Origin: an uncultured virus (IMG/VR IMGVR_UViG_3300029914_000017)
Lineage: Duplodnaviria; Heunggongvirae; Uroviricota; Caudoviricetes
Length of the DNA: 20,000 nt
Direction: 5' to 3' (one strand)
Virus record (IMG/VR): IMGVR_UViG_3300029914_000017
A program made the translations under genes and the position numbers. Below, piece after piece: positions 14,051-20,000 of this stretch. The first letter of the stretch is position 1. Each line of letters begins with the position of its first letter. The notes under the pieces are model-generated. The model searched no databases. It saw nothing but the letters and a program-made list of their open reading frames with translations, and was not told where the DNA came from.

Positions 14051-15619
14051 TTAGTAAATTATAAATTTTCTTAGTCTTTCACTTACTTTGATAAAATATT
14101 CATTCAGTAGATCTTCCTTTTCGGGATTATTATAGTACTCCGTTTCTTCCAATGAAACTCCAAGTGAGAATAACATTTTTATAATTACATCCTTTGTTTG
14201 TAGTGATGCATTGTTTAAAAATTTCATCCAAAATGGGTGCTCTTGATTTATTTCAATAATGAATAGTCCATGTTCTTTAACACACCTAAAAATTAATCCA
14301 TTTTCACCTAATTTTGTAAACCGATAATCAGCAAATTTATCTTCACGTTTCCTCGTTGCAAATTTGTTTTTAACCTTATCCTCTACAGGTTCTTTTTTCT
14401 CTGGAATTATATCAGGATGTTCATTCTTTCCTCGCTCCTTTTTAATACCAATAAATGGGTTTTTATTTATAGATTTAAGAATTTCAGCCATTTCACCTTT
14501 AACATCATCACTTATCTTTTCGTTTGATGTTTTGGAATCTTCATTGTTTTTCACGGTTTTAATGTATCCACGTAGGTAATCCTTACATACATCCCTGAAA
14601 CCTTGATCGATTTCATTCTTATCCTTTTCGTGAATGATTTTATTGAATGTAGATCCAAATAAGTTATCACTGTCACCGCTGCAGAATAATTCAATTCTAA
14701 GGCCATTTAAATGCCCATCACCGACTTTACCTACAATACCCAAATCAAGGCTGCTTCCGACTAATCGATTGTTTCTATAAATATATAAGCCAGAATAAGC
14801 CGAACTACGATTTACCTCATTCGAAAGTGATTGGCTAACAAATTCAATATTATAAACGCTGAATTTAAAATCAGAACCATTATATTCAAATTTTTCATTA
14901 GATGTTAAACACGTTGAGTAAGTCTCATTTCTAAGCATTGGGTCAACACTTTTGACAAATTCATTGTTGACAAATAAGTTGATGTTCAATTCATCAATAA
15001 AATATTTATAAAATAATCCAAGTTTACTTTTTAATATGTCCTTAAACACCGTGATATTGGCATTTGTTATACGATCTAATTTTGAAACAATTACTACCGT
15101 TCCAATCTCGCTACCAGTTTCACGTTTAAATTCGTTATATTCTTCCCAAGTTCCAATCACTACAGGAATTTCAAAGGTGTTTGTCATAATCATAACATCC
15201 AAATCGTAAGTAGCGATATAAAAGTCATCATCAACTGATTTTGTTTTAACAACGAACTTTCTACCCAAAGAGAGAGCTGCTGCTTTTAAGCCCGTACCAT
15301 ATGAACCAAGATCAAATTCTTTATTTTTACCCATCAACGCTCCAAGTTTAAAAGCCTCGTTCAACGTTTCAATGGACATTCCGCACCCATCATCGCATAT
15401 TTTGATGAATTCATAATCATCTCTAGTTCTTTTAATATGAACCTTAACGTTTTTTGAATCAACATCTGTATCCAGAGAATTGTCAATTATATCGGCAATT
15501 GCGGTATAATTATTATAACCAGAATTTCTTAATGTAGTTAAAAAATTCACATTCGGTGTCACGTCAATTTGTGTGACTTCTTGCTTAATCGCTTGATTTA
15601 AGTTTAATTTAGTTTCCAT
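14051..15619 (-). CDS. GHKL ATPase of the MORC/HATPase_c_3 type
   Basis: Bergerat motifs ADIIDNSLD, DDGCGMS, GSYGTGLK and GTVV; S5-like region SGLYIYRNNRLV; C-terminal IEINQEHPF. Confidence 0.85.
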   Translation of the reverse strand: METKLNLNQAIKQEVTQIDVTPNVNFLTTLRNSGYNNYTAIADIIDNSLDTDVDSKNVKVHIKRTRDDYEFIKICDDGCGMSIETLNEAFKLGALMGKNKEFDLGSYGTGLKAAALSLGRKFVVKTKSVDDDFYIATYDLDVMIMTNTFEIPVVIGTWEEYNEFKRETGSEIGTVVIVSKLDRITNANITVFKDILKSKLGLFYKYFIDELNINLFVNNEFVKSVDPMLRNETYSTCLTSNEKFEYNGSDFKFSVYNIEFVSQSLSNEVNRSSAYSGLYIYRNNRLVGSSLDLGIVGKVGDGHLNGLRIELFCSGDSDNLFGSTFNKIIHEKDKNEIDQGFRDVCKDYLRGYIKTVKNNEDSKTSNEKISDDVKGEMAEILKSINKNPFIGIKKERGKNEHPDIIPEKKEPVEDKVKNKFATRKREDKFADYRFTKLGENGLIFRCVKEHGLFIIEINQEHPFWMKFLNNASLQTKDVIIKMLFSLGVSLEETEYYNNPEKEDLLNEYFIKVSERLRKFIIY

Positions 15620-15704
15620 AAAAGTTTAGTTTTTGATAGATAAATTTTTGTTGTAAACAATTAAATTAATTCATCTATCGTTTGTTTGTTTATAATTTCA
15701 AGTA

Positions 15705-15712
15705 CAAAGATA
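15705..15712 (-). promoter_or_regulatory. -7 element TATCTTTG (weak -33)
   Basis: TAnnTTTG match; only TTTC at the -33 position. Confidence 0.5.
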
Positions 15713-15813
15713 ATACATTTTATTGGTTAATGAAATTCTATTGTTTATTTTTGTGATTTCAATTAATTATTGTACTTATTTCAAAAATGATTTTATTATC
15801 TTATTTGGTTTTG

Positions 15814-15845
15814 CAAATATAGTGTAAACAATTGATATAACCAAA
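15814..15845 (-). promoter_or_regulatory. Bacteroidota-type -33/-7 promoter
   Basis: Minus strand TTTG-N20-TATATTTG, an exact consensus match. Confidence 0.75.
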
Positions 15846-15859
15846 CTAATTAACTTTAT

Positions 15860-16072
15860 TTATGATAAATGTTGCTCAATAATTTGAACGACTTCATTTG
15901 TTGACCATTCATCTATTTTAAGTCTTGAACCAATCTCATCAATTCCAAGCATTAGTTCCGTTTTAATAACATTAATAATTTTATTTGCAATTTCTTCATC
16001 ACTTTTATAAGCGATAATTTTAAATTCTTTCATCGAATTTAAAACTTCATTAATTAATTCTTTATTTTCCAT
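15860..16072 (-). CDS. hypothetical protein
   Basis: 70-aa ORF. Confidence 0.7.
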   Translation of the reverse strand: MENKELINEVLNSMKEFKIIAYKSDEEIANKIINVIKTELMLGIDEIGSRLKIDEWSTNEVVQIIEQHLS

Positions 16073-16079
16073 ATTTGTT

Positions 16080-16331
16080 TTATAAATCTATTAGCATTAT
16101 ATCAATTAAGTCTATCATATTCTGCGTTTGAATTTTTGCAAGTGTAAGCGATAATTCAATCAATCCATTTGGCTTTGAATTAAGACTGTCTTCATATGAC
16201 TTCAACATGTATTGAAGACGTACTTTCTTTTCAAGTAATAATATTTTTTTAGTTGATTTATTTGGCAATTTAATCTTTTCTAAAATTATATCATAATCAC
16301 TATCTTTAGTCATTTTCTCATTACAACTCAT
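16080..16331 (-). CDS. hypothetical protein
   Basis: 83-aa ORF. Confidence 0.65.
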   Translation of the reverse strand: MSCNEKMTKDSDYDIILEKIKLPNKSTKKILLLEKKVRLQYMLKSYEDSLNSKPNGLIELSLTLAKIQTQNMIDLIDIMLIDL

Positions 16332-16332
16332 A

Positions 16333-17133
16333 TTATTTTATTTTAAAAGTTTGTGTAAACCAATCTTTGAAATATTTTTCCATATGATCCGTCCATTTAC
16401 TTGGCATCTCCGCACTATCATTACCTTCTTTAAATGATTCTCGAAAATATGGTTCTAATTTATTTGGCCAATAATTTTTAGCAGCTTCGGATTTTGCTCC
16501 TTCAATAAATCCTCTAAGAACAAATAGATTATCTGTACCAATTAAACCGACGCAATAATTTTCGCCAGCCTCTACAATTTCTTTAGATAATATTTGCTCA
16601 TCGGATAAAGCCCTTACATCAAGCAGCCAATTTCTTAACGATTCATCCGTTTCATTTTCTAACGCCTTGTCAAGTTTTTGTTCCAACTTATTTAAATCTA
16701 ATTTTGATTTTGGGATTGAACAAATTATTTCGTTATTAATTGTTTTCGGCATATAAATAAGCCTATCTTCGTTATCTTCATTAAGGTCTATATATGGTAT
16801 TATAAGACCTTCTTTATTGATAGCCTTTCCAGCATAACATTCAACTTCAATTTCTTCAACTGGATTATTAAGCCATTCATTAACAAATTTATCTGAAAGT
16901 TTTGGTAAAGAAGTTGGAAAATCAGATGCGAATGTTGGATTAAAAGCTATTACTTTAAAATCAAAGGGGGTTATATCACCACTACAAGCAATATTATTCC
17001 ATTTTGAACACCAAAACAAATCCCCATTAATTCCCTGTGAAAATGTATTTGTATTTTCCTTAGGTCTTTCTTCGTCAGTTATAACAACTATTTCGTTGTT
17101 TTTAGTTCGTTTTATTTTAAATAGTTTTTTCAT
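16333..17133 (-). CDS. hypothetical protein
   Basis: 266-aa ORF with no motif recognised. Confidence 0.75.
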   Translation of the reverse strand: MKKLFKIKRTKNNEIVVITDEERPKENTNTFSQGINGDLFWCSKWNNIACSGDITPFDFKVIAFNPTFASDFPTSLPKLSDKFVNEWLNNPVEEIEVECYAGKAINKEGLIIPYIDLNEDNEDRLIYMPKTINNEIICSIPKSKLDLNKLEQKLDKALENETDESLRNWLLDVRALSDEQILSKEIVEAGENYCVGLIGTDNLFVLRGFIEGAKSEAAKNYWPNKLEPYFRESFKEGNDSAEMPSKWTDHMEKYFKDWFTQTFKIK

Positions 17134-17146
17134 TTTTATTATTAGT

Positions 17147-17353
17147 TTAATATGTTAATTTATCATTATTCCAATTGTCGATTGCTTTATAAAAATCAAC
17201 ATCTGATTCGCCAGTTCTACCACACTCACAACCAATCCAATACGTTATTCCGCCACATGGACATCTATCATAACATGGTCTTGCACCACATTTGCATCGT
17301 TTAACATAAATTCCCTCAAGCATTGGATCTTTATAATATCTATCTCTATCCAT
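17147..17353 (-). CDS. Lar-like (restriction alleviation family) Zn-ribbon protein
   Basis: CKCG...YWIGCECG...AIDNWN resembles the Lar family pattern CxxCG...CxxC...AIxxWN. Confidence 0.6.
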   Translation of the reverse strand: MDRDRYYKDPMLEGIYVKRCKCGARPCYDRCPCGGITYWIGCECGRTGESDVDFYKAIDNWNNDKLTY

Positions 17354-17360
17354 GATTTTA

Positions 17361-17768
17361 TTAAATTAATTTTAGTGCTTCTTGTAAACCTGTTTCAAGT
17401 GCTTCTTCATAAGTATCAAACGTATCGCCATAACCTTCACTACCAGTATTATATCCATTGTCAATGAATAGTTCATAAGAATTCAATTCAAATACTACGG
17501 ATATAATTATTTTCTTTGTTTCTCTTAGCCATTTTTGAAGTAAACTTTGAGTTGGTGCAGCTATTGAACTTATATTTCCTCCTCCCCATCTATCCAATTC
17601 AAAATCTGTGTTGTTTCCAAACAAATGGTGAGTTGCAACATGTGATTTATTGGACACCGAATTTTCCATTAAATAGCCATCAGTGTCATAATGATAAAAA
17701 CTATCAATAACGATATTTTTTTCTTTAAGTATCTTAGCTATCCCAAATGATATTAATTGTTCTTCCAT
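17361..17768 (-). CDS. phage hypothetical protein
   Basis: 135-aa ORF with APTQSLLQKWLRE and TYEEALE motifs that I associate with Bacteroidota phage proteins (recall, not searched). Confidence 0.7.
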   Translation of the reverse strand: MEEQLISFGIAKILKEKNIVIDSFYHYDTDGYLMENSVSNKSHVATHHLFGNNTDFELDRWGGGNISSIAAPTQSLLQKWLRETKKIIISVVFELNSYELFIDNGYNTGSEGYGDTFDTYEEALETGLQEALKLI

Positions 17769-17772
17769 AGTA

Positions 17773-18507
17773 TTATTTATTTATTACTATAATTTTTCCA
17801 CCTACCATAGTTCCGCTTTCTTTAAAAGTGCCATCTTCAATATCTATAATTTTTGCATTATTATAACGTAGCCAGTCACGAAATTCAGTTTCTTTTGTGT
17901 TGGTTGAATTTTCCCAGTGAGTTGATGTGATTGACACAAGTCTACCACCGTTTTTTAATAGATCGTACATTTTCATAACGTGGTCAATATCCTGATTTTT
18001 AGAAAATGGTGGATTTGCAATTATCCTATCATAATGATTTGTAAGTTTATGTTTAAAAATATCTTCACAAACAAACGTAGTATTTTCCATTTTATTAAGA
18101 AACATTTGATTTACTGGCATCAATTCACACCAATGAACATTTACAGGTGAAACTCTTTGAATAGCCCTTATGATTGCTCCTTGACCTGCACTTGGTTCAA
18201 AAACTTTATGCGTTGGTTTAATTTCTGCTAATATAACTAATTCATCAGCCAAATCATCTGGTGTACCGAAGAATTGAAACTCTTTCTTTAAATTTCTTTT
18301 TTCTCCATTTGCAATTTGCTCAAGTAATTCGGTAGGATCTTGACTGAAAACGAATCCCATCACCTTACCACCTTTCCATTTTCCTCCAATTAATTCCAAT
18401 GATTTTGCGACTTCTTGGTATAGTTTTCTATCTAATTGACCTTCTGGTAATCTAACAATCAAACCGTCAACAGTGCATTCTTGTAATATTTCTTCTTTAT
18501 TTTTCAT
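17773..18507 (-). CDS. SAM-dependent amino-methyltransferase (probable N6-adenine DNA MTase)
   Basis: FQFFGTP, motif I FEPSAGQG, motif IV IANPPF, and FKESGT. Confidence 0.85.
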   Translation of the reverse strand: MKNKEEILQECTVDGLIVRLPEGQLDRKLYQEVAKSLELIGGKWKGGKVMGFVFSQDPTELLEQIANGEKRNLKKEFQFFGTPDDLADELVILAEIKPTHKVFEPSAGQGAIIRAIQRVSPVNVHWCELMPVNQMFLNKMENTTFVCEDIFKHKLTNHYDRIIANPPFSKNQDIDHVMKMYDLLKNGGRLVSITSTHWENSTNTKETEFRDWLRYNNAKIIDIEDGTFKESGTMVGGKIIVINK

Positions 18508-18514
18508 AAATTAT

Positions 18515-19366
18515 TCACAGCTTAATATTCTTGACATATAAAATGTGTTCCTTCGACATTTGTACCCCAGCGAAATTGGTTCTCAAAAAGCAATCAATAG
18601 TATCCTTATCGGATGCTTTTTCATCTAAAACAGCATATCCCAATAGTTGGTGATCTAAAAATTGATTTTTGGATGCTTTTGAAAATTCAGAATAATAATA
18701 ACCGTTTGAATCTGGAAATTCATCCTGCAAAAACGAAAGAATACAATTCAAACGTTGTTTCCCATCAACAATATCGTGATAACCAAATTCGGTATTCCCA
18801 AGTTTTGCTTGCATTATATTCCATTCATAGCCACGTTTACGAAGTATTAACTTACCTAAAGATATGTTATTATAAATTGAATCAATAAACGACTGTTTAT
18901 CTTCTAATGACCAAACGAAATCACGCTGATAATAAAATTTTGCTCCATCAGCCTGAATAACAAACGGATTCCAGTTTAATTCTGGGATAGTTACATCATT
19001 TAAAACATCTGGGTCTTTATACACTCTTTCACGTTTATCAAAACCACAGGTAAAAACAATAGATTCAAGACTAAAACCTATGTTTTCTAAACGATAACTT
19101 GGCCTTGATATAGGTGAATAACCTACGAAATAAGTACTCTTTTTTATATTAGAAATATGAACTTTATATTTTTTATTATCTTTATAACCTCCGAATGCTT
19201 CCAAAACAACTTCGTCTCCATTAATTTCCAATATTTTAGCTGAAATTTCGGTTCTTGATGAATGACCACCCATTAAGCTTTCTGGAGCACTAACAATTTC
19301 CCCTACTTTAAAAGGTTCTGATAGTAATTTTTCAACTTCAAGTTCCGTTCTATTAATTTTTTTCAT
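18515..19366 (-). CDS. DUF262 (GmrS/ParB-like) domain protein with N-terminal SH3/KOW-like region
   Basis: YQRDFVW, FIDSI, IVDGKQRL and FLRTN motifs. Confidence 0.85.
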   Translation of the reverse strand: MKKINRTELEVEKLLSEPFKVGEIVSAPESLMGGHSSRTEISAKILEINGDEVVLEAFGGYKDNKKYKVHISNIKKSTYFVGYSPISRPSYRLENIGFSLESIVFTCGFDKRERVYKDPDVLNDVTIPELNWNPFVIQADGAKFYYQRDFVWSLEDKQSFIDSIYNNISLGKLILRKRGYEWNIMQAKLGNTEFGYHDIVDGKQRLNCILSFLQDEFPDSNGYYYSEFSKASKNQFLDHQLLGYAVLDEKASDKDTIDCFLRTNFAGVQMSKEHILYVKNIKL

Positions 19367-19470
19367 TTTGATTAAATTTATTTATTTAAATATCGTAGGT
19401 GGGTTGGACTACACGCCGTTCATTTAAGATTCAGTACACGCAAGACTCTCCACCTTTATTTTTTGTATTG

Positions 19471-19478
19471 CAAAGATA
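19471..19478 (-). promoter_or_regulatory. -7 element TATCTTTG (weak -33)
   Basis: TAnnTTTG match in an intergenic gap; TTTC at the -33 position. Confidence 0.55.
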
Positions 19479-19511
19479 ATCCATTTACTTTAATCGTGAA
19501 AATGGAATTTG

Positions 19512-19799
19512 TTAAATTTTGCAAATTTCTTTAATAACATCTTTTGATTTAATTATTTCATTTTTGAAAAGTTCACCAACCTTTGTGTTTTCCATTTGCA
19601 TATTGAAATTAAAAGTTTCAACCAATGCAATCAAATTTTTTATTGGTGAAAATTTATTTCGGACATCTGCTAATTGCTTTTCTAATTCGAATTCAATCTC
19701 CCTTAATAAATCCTGCTTGTCATGCCATGTTGATGTCGGACATTGGCCATTATCAAATTTCCAATAACTGTTCACTAAATCTAAAATGTTGTTTTTCAT
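19512..19799 (-). CDS. hypothetical protein (95 aa)
   Basis: Likely start is MKNNILDL at 19799. The longer track ORF overlaps another gene in a different frame. Confidence 0.65.
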   Translation of the reverse strand: MKNNILDLVNSYWKFDNGQCPTSTWHDKQDLLREIEFELEKQLADVRNKFSPIKNLIALVETFNFNMQMENTKVGELFKNEIIKSKDVIKEICKI

Positions 19800-19800
19800 T

Positions 19801-20000
19801 TTATAAAATTTTTTTAATTGAATCTTTGTGAATTTCCACATACAAACATCTGTTACTTGAAACATTAATAGGTTCTGAAAACCATCTATAACCAATATAA
19901 TCTCCTTTTTCATAGTACGGAGAAGCATAACGTTTATCCAACACATCGGCAGATCTAAACACATTTGTCCGATAACGATCCTGTTCATATGATCTAAATC
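19801..20000 (-). CDS. 3' part of a hypothetical protein (runs off the window)
   Basis: Open frame ...FRSYEQDRYRTNVFRSADVLDKRYASPYYEKGDYIGYRWFSEPINVSSNRCLYVEIHKDSIKKIL*, ending 1 nt before the next ATG. Confidence 0.65.
   Translation of the reverse strand, partial: FRSYEQDRYRTNVFRSADVLDKRYASPYYEKGDYIGYRWFSEPINVSSNRCLYVEIHKDSIKKIL

Noticed and set aside
15476..15502. Asp instead of Glu in GHKL motif I (ADIIDN) as a sign of inactivation
   Set aside because: From recall, the D variant is common in this prokaryotic MORC-like subfamily, so it is not good evidence of loss of function.
5009..19831. Plus-strand ORFs in the track and the nested minus ORF 12795-13052
   Set aside because: All lie antisense to or inside well-supported minus-strand genes and have shadow-like composition.
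19800..19988. N-terminal extension of the 158-aa ORF 19512-19988
   Set aside because: It overlaps a more plausible gene in another frame that stops at 19801, 1 nt before the ATG at 19799.

Overview
AT-rich (roughly 25-30% GC by eye), densely packed, all-minus-strand segment that looks like the accessory region of a large lytic phage. Eight TAnnTTTG promoter elements, six with an exact (T/C)TTG-N20 upstream partner, point to a Bacteroidota host (inference). Recognisable genes: two calcineurin-like phosphoesterases, an Rnl2-like RNA ligase, an IS607-type tnpA/tnpB element, a Ro60/TROVE-vWA protein, a 2H phosphoesterase, a MORC-like GHKL ATPase, an NPPF methyltransferase, a DUF262 protein and many small ORFs. 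The main find is a promoter-driven array of four structured RNAs directly upstream of the Ro60 gene. Three are minimal Y-RNA-like hairpins sharing a covarying bulged helix. The fourth is a 130-nt tRNA-Asn(GTT)-like cloverleaf carrying a circularly permuted copy of the same module between its D-arm and anticodon arm. Secondary finds: the IS607 element splits a 103-aa phage gene in frame and its transposase has an Arg-to-His change in the DRLxR motif; a second upstream motif (TATTTATATTAAA) recurs; and two terminators overlap the next promoter. All family assignments are from motif recognition only; no searches were run.
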